DNA of 64,000 nucleotides from Perna viridis. Taxonomy: Eukaryota. Positions within the stretch are counted from its first letter, which is position 1. Each line of letters starts with the position of its first letter. Below the pieces are notes generated by a model. It was not told the origin of the DNA, searched no databases, and worked only from the letters and a program-made list of their open reading frames with translations. Shown here one piece after another: positions 55,001 through 64,000 of the stretch. The DNA lies in NCBI GenBank assembly GCA_037379345.1, contig CM074516.1, forward strand, positions 49,823,626-49,887,625, given 5' to 3'. Position numbers and translations under genes: made by a program.

Positions 55001-55864
55001 TTGTATTGTTTTAAATAGTATTTTATAATTCCTCAAAAGTAGCACTAATATATTAAAGAGCAATACTATAAATACTTCTTTATAATGTGTCTGTTATATT
55101 AATTGCGTGGACTAAATTTCCAAATTTTTGGAATTGAAACTCATTAGCAGCTCAGCAGATGATAAAACAATGAAAATACTCTAAAATGGTAGAAGTCTGG
55201 TGAGATCTGTAGACACATATTACATAACACAATAAATCCATAACAAATCTACTGTTCATTTGTTTACTCTGTATATTTAAATGGGATAGATACAATTATA
55301 GTCTTGTTATATTGCAAGGAACATTCATAAAATGTTTACTCATATAATATCATATTGACTACTCTACCACTAAATTGCATTACAAATACATTTATCTATT
55401 GTGTAGAGACAGTACTAAACTTTTGTCTTCATTGTTACAGACTAAGTTCAATATGTTAGAGTAATTTAATATCTTTTTGTCCTCCTAAATTTTTAATATT
55501 AGACTAATGATTTTCAGTAAAAATCTGCATTTTATCTAATTTTCTTTTTTAAATTACTGTGCAAGATATTTGGGTCTACTTGTAGAAAATAATGTATAAT
55601 CATTGATTACAGTAGGTTTACAGTGAATGTTTTTAAACTTGTCCCAAACCTTGGGACTATTTCTATAGCAGACTAAAAATGATAAAGGATGTCAGTAAGA
55701 AAACTGAACACCTACTGATATCCAATAGAAAAAAAAAATAAATCTCCATGAAATAAAGATAGAAGAATTAATATACCTGACTACTATCATACTACATATG
55801 TAAGTGATTACCTGATTCTAATGCCACATAGTCATAGGTCTTCATTGACACATTACCAGAATAC
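15796..55864 (-). CDS. SASH1: SAM and SH3 domain-containing protein 1-like adaptor (SH3, two SAM domains), probably 5'-incomplete; exons 55864-55812 (less sure), 49068-48964, 48112-48009, 37867-37826, 34002-33939, 32684-32128, 25625-25547, 23393-23251, 19666-19457, 19103-18953, 18764-17887, 16746-16615, 16092-15796
   Basis: Phase-compatible GT-AG exons give one open frame with SASH1 hallmarks: [42 protein letters not shown] (SH3), [31 protein letters not shown] (SAM1), [48 protein letters not shown] (SAM2). Confidence 0.9.
16615..16746 (-). CDS. SASH1: SASH1-like exon (132 nt, phase 0/0)
   Basis: ttttctag|TGT..GTG|gtaagt; [44 protein letters not shown]. Confidence 0.92.
17185..17912. repeat. 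Minisatellite, 52-bp unit, 14 copies, overlapping a splice donor
   Basis: tgtgtactatacaaacctgtgtagagtaaggttccagagataactctctaga at exact 52-bp spacing (17205, 17257 .. 17881). Confidence 0.95.
17887..18764 (-). CDS. SASH1: SASH1-like large linker exon (878 nt)
   Basis: ctgtttcag|TG GAC..ACA CAG|gtttgt; within ORF 17866..18783; contains RDSGCYAS and [11 protein letters not shown]. Confidence 0.92.
18953..19103 (-). CDS. SASH1: SASH1-like exon, first SAM domain (151 nt)
   Basis: ttacag|CAC..GTT G|gtgaga; [50 protein letters not shown]. Confidence 0.93.
19457..19666 (-). CDS. SASH1: SASH1-like exon, SH3 C-half and SAM1 start (210 nt)
   Basis: ctgttgtag|AGA GGG GAT..CTT CAG|gtacaa; [49 protein letters not shown]. 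Confidence 0.92.
19652..20620. repeat. Minisatellite, 54-60-bp unit, ~17 copies, overlapping a splice acceptor
   Basis: atctaccttccacaataagatcacatcccctctctaaaacagaataagacagat. Confidence 0.95.
21340..22516. repeat. Minisatellite, 33-bp unit, ~35 copies
   Basis: attagagacacatataactggtacaggtgtagc; source of the 11-aa-periodic ORFs. Confidence 0.96.
23251..23393 (-). CDS. SASH1: SASH1-like exon, SH3 N-half (143 nt)
   Basis: ccttcatag|GG AGT..CTT CAG|gtatat; [47 protein letters not shown]. Confidence 0.9.
23942..24320. repeat. Minisatellite, 27-bp (and 23-bp) unit
   Basis: ccaaagaatgtctgattgatccatatc. Confidence 0.93.
25547..25625 (-). CDS. SASH1: SASH1-like Ser-rich exon (79 nt, phase 0/1)
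   Basis: atttcag|TGC TGC..ATC A|gtaagt; [26 protein letters not shown]; phases bridge the neighbouring exons. Confidence 0.78.
28380..28835. repeat. Minisatellite, ~41-bp unit, ~11 copies
   Basis: aaaatcattcaacaaaatcttccacaactcagctaagtccc. Confidence 0.93.
30505..31030. repeat. Minisatellite, 53-bp unit, ~10 copies
   Basis: cccatcttatcaatggtctatgagaatttagtccttccaatcttatccctgaa. Confidence 0.94.
32128..32684 (-). CDS. SASH1: SASH1-like exon (557 nt, phase 1/0)
   Basis: gctttcag|AT TCC..TTG AAG|gtgaga; inside the 208-aa ORF 32068..32694; Ser/Pro-rich, higher GC. Confidence 0.85.
32707..32793. repeat. Short tandem repeat, ~33-bp unit x3
   Basis: acaactgtttataaaaacttt repeated next to the 32684 acceptor. 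Confidence 0.8.
33471..33810 (-). mobile_element. Truncated HINE/pearl-like element
   Basis: aactagaggcgttaaagagcctgaatcgctt end, plus internal sequence shared with 13800-13960. Confidence 0.7.
33939..34002 (-). CDS. SASH1: SASH1-like exon, basic NLS-like stretch (64 nt, phase 0/1)
   Basis: ccttgtag|ATG GAA..ACT G|gtatat; [21 protein letters not shown]. Confidence 0.75.
34791..34910 (+). mobile_element. RTE-clade LINE remnant (ORF2 C-terminus)
   Basis: Reads [38 protein letters not shown], matching the RTE motif [25 protein letters not shown]. Confidence 0.75.
34912..35160 (-). mobile_element. Degraded HINE-like fragment
   Basis: gagcctgaatc end and gatcacagatatctcatcatgc internal motif, shared with the other copies. 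Confidence 0.5.
35550..35695. repeat. Tandem repeat, ~57-bp unit x2.5
   Basis: cctttataaactatcaaatggaggaaccaaggagatttactttcaatacagcaggcc. Confidence 0.8.
37826..37867 (-). CDS. SASH1: SASH1-like microexon (42 nt, phase 0/0)
   Basis: cttttcag|GTG..CAG|gtaatt; [14 protein letters not shown], positionally matching the LKEYE segment after MVKEKMITIEEALAR in vertebrate SASH1 (recalled). Confidence 0.8.
39958..40665 (+). mobile_element. 5'-truncated Penelope-like retroelement (probably Naiad clade): RT C-terminus plus 3' UTR, frameshifted
   Basis: [25 protein letters not shown]..[fs]..[57 protein letters not shown]; no C-terminal GIY-YIG follows. Confidence 0.8.
43005..43345. repeat. Highly degenerate short-period tandem repeat
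   Basis: Recurrent ccagatttccctct / gttccaggaattcc motifs. Confidence 0.55.
44291..45358 (-). mobile_element. Full-length HINE/pearl-like element
   Basis: aactggaggctcaagagagcctgaattgctcacctg end; ~327-bp internal repeats (tttgctaaaggcaa near 44437, 44763, 45092); gacggacgccaagtgatggcataagctcac..ggtgagctaaaaa end. Confidence 0.8.
46178..46367. repeat. Tandem repeat, 64-bp unit x3
   Basis: tacattctgccagatatttaccaccaaatagaagttacacagtggataaaccagttccactagg. Confidence 0.9.
47220..47756 (-). mobile_element. Truncated HINE/pearl-like element
   Basis: Similar to 13120-14170; ends gacagacgccaagtaatggcaatagctcacatggcc..gagctaaaaa. Confidence 0.75.
47753..47890 (+). mobile_element. Penelope-like 3' UTR fragment
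   Basis: aaaagcagaggatacttaccctacctgtgcacctggtccatgctccc, collinear with 40452-40590. Confidence 0.7.
48009..48112 (-). CDS. SASH1: SASH1-like exon with conserved N-terminal motif (104 nt)
   Basis: attaacag|GT GAC..GAA GTG|gtgagt; (G)[34 protein letters not shown]. Confidence 0.9.
48295..48917. repeat. Minisatellite, 51-bp unit (44-bp variant at left), ~13 copies
   Basis: gaattctgactattacaatgtggagtttctttattccagaatattcacttt; fills most of an 850-nt intron. Confidence 0.95.
48964..49068 (-). CDS. SASH1: SASH1-like exon (105 nt, phase 1/1)
   Basis: ctgtttcag|AT AAG..GAA G|gtgcat; [34 protein letters not shown]. Confidence 0.8.
49944..50305. repeat. Minisatellite, 40-bp unit x9
   Basis: gatgccttattattttaacaaggccaggtatactaccgga. 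Confidence 0.94.
50508..50797. repeat. Minisatellite, ~47-52-bp unit x6
   Basis: aacatctatcaggggatgggattactctgggtcaatattctacatag. Confidence 0.92.
52826..52978. mobile_element. Small MITE with CAGTAAAACCT termini
   Basis: ta|cagtaaaacct ... aggttttactg inverted ends. Confidence 0.6.
55812..55864 (-). CDS. SASH1: Probable upstream SASH1-like exon (53 nt, phase 2/1)
   Basis: attctattttag|G TAT TCT..TCA G|gtaatc; [17 protein letters not shown]; strong splice sites and in phase with the 49068 exon, but no recognised homology. Confidence 0.55.
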
Positions 55865-56001
55865 CTAAAATAGAATAATAATACATTTATAACTGTCATC
55901 TAACAGAATATCTACTTTCTATGATCAAGGAAATGATGAATTTTTGTACAATAATCTAGAGCATGATCTGTAACTTGACAATAAGATTAACATAAACTTT
56001 C

Positions 56002-56215
56002 CTACAGGAACGGAGTGTCGGCAACATCCGTGTACAGAGTCTGAAACAGGGACAGAGTGTCGGCAACATCCATGTACAGAGTCTGAAACATGAATGGAGT
56101 GTCTGCAACATCCGTGTACAGAGTCTGAAACATGAATGGAGTGTCGGCAACATCTGTGTACAGAGTCTGAAACATGAATGGAGTGTCGGCATCATCCGTG
56201 TACAGAGTCTGAAAT
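56002..56215. repeat. Minisatellite, 42-bp unit x5
   Basis: gtacagagtctgaaacatgaatggagtgtcggcaacatccgt. Confidence 0.92.
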
Positions 56216-56267
56216 ATTAATGGCTCAAATTAAATTTGTTTGAATGACATAGTAGTCTTGAAGTAAC

Positions 56268-56925
56268 TGCAAGGCAGCACAGAACGTCTTCCTACTGGTC
56301 ATCGTCATCTACCAAAATAGTGCTGCATTGTAAGGCAGGCACAGAACGTCTTCCTACTAGTCATCGTCATATATATCAATATAGTGGTGCATTGTAAGGC
56401 AGGCACAGAACGTTTTCCTACTGGTCATCGTCATCTATCAAAATAGTGCTGCATTGTAAGGCAGGCACAGAACGTTTTCCTACTGGTCATCGTCATCTAT
56501 CAAAATAGTGGTGCATTGTAAGGCAGGCACAGAACGTCTTCCTACTGGTCATCGTCATATATCAATATAGTGGTGCATTGTAGGGCAGGCACAGAACGTT
56601 TTCCTACTGGTCATCGTCATCTATCAAAATAGTGGTGCATTGTAAGGCAGGCACAGAACGTTTTCCTACTGGTCATCGTCATCTATCAAAATAGTGGTGC
56701 ATTGTAAGGCAGGCACAGAACGTTTTCCTACTGGTCATCGTCATCTATCAAAATAGTGGTGCATTGTAAGGCAGGCACAGAACGTTTTCCTACTGGTCAT
56801 CGTCATCTTTCTATCAATATAGTGATGCATTATAATTACCAACTAAGTCCAGGCACAGAACACCTCACATATTCCTACTGATCATTGTCATCTTTCTATC
56901 AATATAGTGGTGCATTATAATTACA
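56268..56925. repeat. Minisatellite, 62-bp unit, ~10 copies
   Basis: gcattgtaaggcaggcacagaacgttttcctactggtcatcgtcatctatcaaaatagtggt. Confidence 0.95.
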
Positions 56926-58664
56926 AACTAAGTCATTATTTGAGATTTAATAGCTCTATCCTCAAATGTAAAGCCTTACTCTATCAGAAAAGGGAAGAAG
57001 TGTTTGTCATTCAAATGGAAAGCCCATTGATGAGAATTGAAAAAAAATTGCCTTATACAATTTTAGGTGTAAAAGCTATCTCTTTCAATAACATGAACAA
57101 AGCAAAAGTTAAAATAACAATATTGGAAAATACATCTGTGTAAATATTATCTATTTGATTATAAATAGAAAATTGTGTCAAGAAAAGATATTGACTAGCT
57201 AGGACAAATTATATTCCTAGCCCCATAGACTGATTTTTTTGCTGTTCAGTAACATATTATGTTCAATTATACAGTGAAAAGAATGTATTTATTTCTGGGG
57301 ACAATTTCACACTTCAAAGGAAATAATATAACATGACAGATGTTGTGGGTTTAGCCAATGAGGTCTCAATAAGAGGATTTCAGTGGTGACTTTAACACCT
57401 CAATTGTCAAAATCTCTATTGAGAAAGACAGATGTCTAACTTAATAACAGAAAGACTTGTTAAAGTTATATAGTCTTGTCTGTGTTTGTAAAAAATGTAT
57501 AAAAGTTGAGAAATAATTTGAATTGTAAGTGAGAGGTTATAGACCTCTATATTTGAATTAGATTGCTTGGTTATCATTAAAAATCTGTCAGTATTTTTAT
57601 CATGATCATCCACATTTGTAAGAAATACATTTATTAAAATGAAAACAATTTACTCAACAAAAGAAAATTTCTCAATCTAAAATCAATTATTTATATTCCA
57701 TTAGGTCTGCTAACAAATATTTGATCTCTTGTAAGAGGGAAAATACTTTATTTAAATATTTTTCTTATGTTTTTTTTTACGTAAATGTAAATGAGACACC
57801 ATTGGTTCACCTGTATCAGGTATGACTGAGATAGGTGATGTTTATAACAAGTCACCCTGATTTTCCCATCTATATATCCAATACCATGAATGAACAAAAT
57901 TTTTGTCTCAATGGAATAGATTCAATTATATATCAAAGGACATCATAACATAAAGAAAACTTCAGACTAGATATACAGTTTACATCAGGGACAACAGCAC
58001 AGACTATTAATTCTCTTTCCAAAATGATTTTTAAATGTGTTTTTAAAATTGATAAAAAAATTCTTCACAATGGTAAGGGTGTGTGAAGGTGAAGGTGCAA
58101 CATTTTGTAACTTAAAAATGACAATTCACACAAATTTAAGTCAACAAGACTATTAATGGGTAATTCCACCAATAAATTTGCCTATATCTGACAATTCAAC
58201 AATAAACCCGATTTATGGCTATCAAAACATGTCCAGAGATATAAAAATATCTTAAGGGAACAGACCTAAATAGATATATATAATCACATTTTTATTTATC
58301 TTTCACTTTCCAAAACAAAAGCAAAAGAGATTTAACCCACTTGAAATTTTCTTCTGTAATTTTTATTGATAAGGAAACCATTTAATTTGTCACATTAGTT
58401 AAAGATCAAAGGTCTATGAGAAACAAAGTTTTCACAATATTTTCTTACATAAAATCACTCAACTAAGGGATTAATTTGATAACGTAAATTCCTAAGGTGT
58501 GATTTATTCCATGTTGTGAGCCATGATATTACCAATGTTTATTTTAACATTAGTTTTAGTAATCCAAAAAACATTTTTCACCTTTTAATCCAAACTAGAG
58601 TAAATATCAATTGCCATTTATTTCCTTTGGACTTCAAAGCAAGTAAAATCATGCTACAAACTAA

Positions 58665-59131
58665 CAAGTACAGTTTTGATGCCACTTTGTTCCCCAGAAG
58701 TGCCTACATGTACACCACCATCTGAATAATCTACCAAGTACAGTTTTAATGCCACACTGGTTCAAAAGAAGTGCTTCACGTATACCTGAATATCTGTGTA
58801 CGAGATTTGTTCCCCAGAAGTGCCTACATGTACACCTGAATATCTGTGTACAATGTTGGTTCCCCAGAATTGTACACCAGAATATCTTTTCACAACTTTG
58901 GTTCCCCATAAGTGCCTACACGTACACTTGAATATCTGTGTATGTTAGTTCCCCAGAAGTGCCTACATGTACACTTGCATATCTGGGTACAATGTTAGTT
59001 TCCCAGAAGTGCCTACATGTACACCTGAATATCTGTGTACAATGTTAGTTCCCCAGAAGTGCCTACATGTACACTTGCATATCTGGGTACAATGTTAGTT
59101 TCCCAGAAGTGCCTACATGTACACCTGAATA
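58665..59131. repeat. Minisatellite, ~50-bp unit
   Basis: ttccccagaagtgcctacatgtacacctgaatatctgtgtacaatgttag. Confidence 0.9.
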
Positions 59132-59185
59132 TGTTTTCAAGCGACATCTTGTCCCATTACTAGGTTGTTCTTTCATAACATTGCC

Positions 59186-59261
59186 GCTTACTTTACTACT
59201 GCTATGACTGTGCACAGATATTAATACCTGTGTTAAAAGTCATAGCAGTAGTAAAGTAAGC
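59186..59261. repeat. Near-perfect inverted repeat (24-bp perfect arms)
   Basis: gcttactttactactgctatgact .. agtcatagcagtagtaaagtaagc with inner cacagatatt/aatacctgtg. Confidence 0.9.
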
Positions 59262-60039
59262 TGCTCAATGGTCTACTCTATGTACAAAGACATATTCTAC
59301 ACAAAAGGAAGCTGATGATCAAACATGTAATATATAAGTATGTAAGGGTTTTTATATCTGAACACCATGTCTAACCCCTTAAAATATTAACTTCTGTAAA
59401 TTAACAACATGATAGCAACTAGTGATAATACAGTAGACCTGAGTCATATTTAGTCATAAACAAAACATTTGTCTACTATCAGTAGATAAAGAGTAGTTTC
59501 AGATGACCTTTATATCAATCACACCTAAATCTTCTACCATATTTACTTCACCAACATCTATAATCTAAATTTTGACAATTGTAAAATTTATGGTATTTTT
59601 AAGGTAACAGAAGAGAAAATTATTAGCCTCTTTATACAAGGGTAAAATCTGACAGAAGGATTATATGCTATAAACCTGAAAATACCATCTAACACCATGT
59701 AAATACAAAGAATGTTCCTAAGGTCAATTTCATCAAGAAATAGGAAATTATTGTACAATTATTTATATAAAGAAAAAATCAAAGTAAACAGAAAATGATA
59801 TACATGAACAACAAAAACCACCTATTGTTAACAGTACAGTACAACCATCTCTATCCCCTCCAGAAATTCTGGTTCAATACAAAGCTTAAAAATCATGGTC
59901 TGTGTAATGTCATAATAATATAAAGTGGCATAGTTCTGTAAAGTTAGACAGGCGTAACAGGGAAACTTATACATAACTAGTTTTTTGTAAGTTTATTTCT
60001 AATGGATGTTATTAAATAGCCATTAATGAAATAAAATAT

Positions 60040-60355
60040 TAATACTCACACTAACTAGAAACTACTACTCAAACTAACCAAAAACTAAAACTCACACTTA
60101 CCAGAAATTAATACTCACACTAACCCGAAACTAAAACTCACACTATTGACACTAACCAGAAAGTAAAACTCACACTAACCAGAAACTAAAACTCACACTA
60201 ACCAGAAACTAAAACTCACACTATTGACACTAACCAGAAACTAAAACTCACACTATTTTCACTAACCAGAAAATAAAACTCACACTAACCAGAAAGTAAA
60301 ACTCACACTACTGGCACTAACCAGAAACTAAAACTCACACTAACCAGAAACTAAT
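60040..60355. repeat. Minisatellite, 23-bp unit with longer variants
   Basis: aactcacactaaccagaaactaa. Confidence 0.9.
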
Positions 60356-60483
60356 AAATTATTATAGAAGGCTTGGTCATTTTTCTCAACTTAAAATTTA
60401 TCTTGTCAATAAAAAAAACAGTAACAGCTGTGTATGTTAAAGCCTTAGGGTTCAAACAATCAAAAGACCAAATATTTTAAAGG

Positions 60484-60628
60484 GCTGTATAAACCATCTA
60501 TGAAGTAGCTCTGTTAAGACAGCTATTACTGTTAAAACTAAAGTCATTGTTCAATAAAGTGCTGTATAAACCTTCTATGAAGTAGCTCTGTTAAGACAGC
60601 TATTACTGTTAGAACTCAAGTCATTGCT
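60484..60628. repeat. Tandem duplication, ~77-bp period
   Basis: gctgtataaacc..ctatgaagtagctctgttaagacagctattactgtta..aagtcattg twice. Confidence 0.8.
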
Positions 60629-61583
60629 CTAGATTGACACAATTATTGTCTCACTCAGTAAAATAATCACATTATATAGTTATTTTATTCAGTAAAATAT
60701 TCTGTTGATATTTATTGATGATCATCAATTTACCTACATGTATGTAAAACAAATATTCAGGAAAACTGATACAAGTTACATGGAATATTTGGTAGAAACA
60801 GTACAATCCTATTGGAATATTATGTAGCAAACACACCATAGAAACTTAACAGAGCAGTCACGCATAAAAAATCAGACTATTTGAGTATTTTTTTTTACAA
60901 ATGACTGAAGTCTGAATGTCACTGATCCTGCATGAATTCAATGATCATACTGACTACTGTTCAATCAATTCCACTTTGATGTGACAGCTACTTTAAGACA
61001 AATGATCTTGACAATAAAATACAACATATGCCCTGGCTATCAAAACTGTGAGCACCTGCACTACCAATCTGTACATCAAGTCAATATTAAACATTCATAA
61101 GTTCTATAAAACAGAGATTGACAGTAAAATAAGATGTTTAAAAAACTGGGAAGACTTTTGTTTTGCGAACATACCTAAAGGCTATATTCAAGCTGTTCAA
61201 GTCAACAACACCAAATGAACTGGTGTTTTTTCTAAATCAATGAATTCAACCCTCCACAATATTTTCATTAATCAGAAGCACCATATTGAAGACTCTTTAC
61301 TTAGAGCAATAATCCGACAGCAACACAAAACATGGTCTACAACATCCTAAAGGCTACAAAATGACATCAAGTCTAGATAAAAGAGGAAAAATAAAATGAC
61401 AAAAGACAGTGAACAGTTAACAAAACAATGATTTAAGAAATGATGGATGAATGTGAGTGTCATCAGATTAGCCAGTATCCCCGGACTCAATGATAAATGA
61501 CTGCAATCCTTACATCTTTATACCATACAAATCAGACTCTATATACAACTACTTGTACAGAAAACAAACATATAACATACATG

Positions 61584-61865
61584 TACTACATGTAACTGGT
61601 CAGTAATACAAGTCAGCCTCACTACTACATGTAACTGGTCAGCCATACAAGTCAGCCTCACTATTACATGTACCTAGTCAGCCATACAAGTCAGCCTCAC
61701 TACTACATGTACCTGGTCAGTCATACAAGTCAGCCTCACTAAATCATGTACCTGGTCAGTCATACAAGTCAGCCTCACTAAATCATGTACCTGGTCAGTC
61801 ATAAAAGTCAGACTCACTACTACATGTATCTGGTCAGTAATACAAGTCAGCCTCACTAAATCACA
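61584..61865. repeat. Minisatellite, 39-bp unit x7
   Basis: cagtcatacaagtcagcctcactactacatgtacctggt. Confidence 0.92.
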
Positions 61866-63360
61866 TGCCAAGACTGTCATGATTACAGGTGGGGGAGGTT
61901 ATGAGACAATATTTACAATTTACATGTAGATATTAAGCAGGTAGTTAAAGAACTGGGGGTGGGGAGTTTTTATTACAGACATTATTGAGATATCAAGCAG
62001 GTATTTAATAAAATTGCTTATGAAATACACCTACAGTACTAAACCTTACAGTTAATGTGACCTGTACAGTTTGGATTACTGAGTATGTTGTACTTCATAA
62101 TTAAATCATCAATAAATAAATTCTTCTCCTTTGAAAGATTACATCCAAACAATGAATTTTAAAATTGTATACATCAATTATCTTCAGTCGAGTCTTCCAA
62201 AACTTTGTAGTTTTAGACAATTAAGGGAATTCCAAATAGATTCATTCTCTAAAGACAATTATTCATCAAGAAAAGTCAGATAAGAAATGGAGTTATTTTA
62301 CAGTCAGACTTCAGGCGACATTACTAATTCTGATAAGAAAACTGAATGACAGTTTAACATGGAATTTGAAAATGACAAAGCCAAACTTTAAGTTGTGATA
62401 TCTAAAGGAAGAGAATTTGATGAACTAGTTTTAAAACTCTTGGATGCTACAGAAAAAGAACCCTTTACAGCAACTTCCTCAGATGTACCAATGGTATTTC
62501 CAAATATGTATTATTCAAAGTAAAATTCTGAAGATTTGAAGAGCAAAAACTAGCTGCCTGGAAGGAGCTTTTCTAAAGTATGAGTTTCTAACAAATATTT
62601 CTATTTCTTATAGAAGAACATATTTTCAGTACTCTAAACTAAAACATGCTACCATAGACTGTTCATCTATGTTCACAAAAACCCCAAAAACTCTACCAAG
62701 AAATTTAGAACTTTGATCACATCAATCACATGACAAAACAGACATGTATTTTGTTATTCCTGACAGTAAACATTATCTCACAGGAAATAAATGAATATCT
62801 ACAGATTACAGATTTTGACAAGGTAGTAGATGACAGGTAGATTTCAGGTAAAACTGGTAGAAATTTATACCTTGTATTAACACCTGTCTATTTTGATAAA
62901 TGTATCTTATGACTTAAGGTCATTCTGATTATCATGGATATGACAAAATCATGTTTTTCCCCATTTTTCAATTCATGTTTTCCTCATCAATGTTCAAAAA
63001 GTTCAAAATTTCATAGGTAATGGGCAAGGGCTATAATAAGTATTAAGTAGGAAGAATTTTGTCTGACCTCATGTTTCCAATGGGTTTATGGGTTTATACA
63101 CATGTATATCTGAACTTAAAAAACAATAACAAGGAAAATATCATTTTCCCCACACTCATTTTATAGTGATCAATGCAAAATATGTGCAACAGTATAAAAA
63201 GTTAAAATGATCCATAATCGTATTACTCTTGGACCCATGTTCTGTTCTTTTTCTGTCGTTAATAGTTTGCAGGGGAATATCAAAAGGAGTCAATATTTGG
63301 TGAAGTTTAGCATTAGAAAAAAATAACCCATTCAATACTGTTATTGTTACCTTCTCTCCT

Positions 63361-63890
63361 ACTCAGAATGTAGGGTTTACTATCTGTCCCAACTCCCTGA
63401 GCTCCTCAAGACTCAGAATGTAGGGTTTACTTTCTGTCCCAACTCCCTGAGCACCTCAAGGCTCAGAATGTAGGGTTCACTTTCTGTCCCAACTCCCTGA
63501 GCTCCTCAAGACTCAGAATGTAGGGTTTACTTTCTGTTCCAACTCCTTGAGCTCCCCAAGACTCTGAATTTAGGATGTACTTTCTGTCCAAACCCCCAAC
63601 CCTCCCCAAGACTCAGAATGTAGGGTTTACTTTCTGTCCCAACACCCTGAGCTCCCAAAGACACAGAATTTTGTAAGTACTTTCTGTCCTAACCCCCAAC
63701 CCTCCCCAAGACTCAGAATGTACTGTGTACTTTTTGCCTTGACCATCCCTCCTGAATTTAAATGTAGAGTACACTTTCTGCCCTGAACCCAATGGCCATC
63801 CCACCTGACTTGGAATCTATGAAGAACTTTCCATTGTGACCCACCAGTCATACCTCCTGCCTTGGAATGTAAGATGAACTTTCTGCCCTG
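63361..63890. repeat. Minisatellite, 50-bp unit, ~10 copies decaying rightwards
   Basis: actcagaatgtagggtttactttctgtcccaactccctgagctcctcaag at 63361, 63411 .. 63711. Confidence 0.92.
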
Positions 63891-64000
63891 ATTTATCACA
63901 ACACAAGGCATGACTTCCTGCTGTGGTAACAGTTCCTTATCTCCACCTGATAATACCTTTATATACTTATCACACCTGTAAACACCTGTCAGTGCATTGC

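Noticed and set aside
3290-63890. CRISPR-like regular repeats
   Set aside because: All arrays are head-to-tail tandem units without unique spacers, there are no cas genes, and the context is eukaryotic.

Overview
AT-rich, CpG-depleted eukaryotic genomic DNA. The repeat families suggest a bivalve, probably a mytilid mussel (inference). Two convergent spliced genes were reconstructed by hand from GT-AG sites and phase compatibility. On the + strand are the last 7 coding exons of cytochrome b5 reductase 4 (CYB5R4/NCB5OR; 5956-11651: end of the CS domain, FAD- and NADH-binding domains, stop). On the - strand is a SASH1-like SH3/SAM/SAM adaptor with 12-13 coding exons from about 55864 down to the stop at 15796; its 5' end probably lies outside the window. 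Introns carry about 30 unrelated minisatellite arrays (16-65 bp units), Helentron-associated (HINE/pearl-like) non-autonomous elements, TA-flanked MITEs, Penelope-like retroelement 3' fragments, an RTE LINE remnant and SINE-like fragments. Most ORFs in the supplied track are artefacts of repeats or transposons. Four observations stand out. (1) Minisatellites amplified from real exon-intron junctions give arrays of 13 decoy donors and 16 decoy acceptors, the latter framing in-frame 27-nt pseudo-microexons inside the SH3 domain. (2) An inverted HINE pair fills the gap between the two 3' ends, next to a palindromic bidirectional poly(A) signal. (3) The Penelope-like 3' end carries a conserved ~100-nt fold-back RNA structure, and two copies of the element sit inside minisatellites. 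(4) A near-perfect 76-nt intronic hairpin lies at 59186-59261. No prokaryotic systems, CRISPR arrays, rRNA or tRNA were seen.
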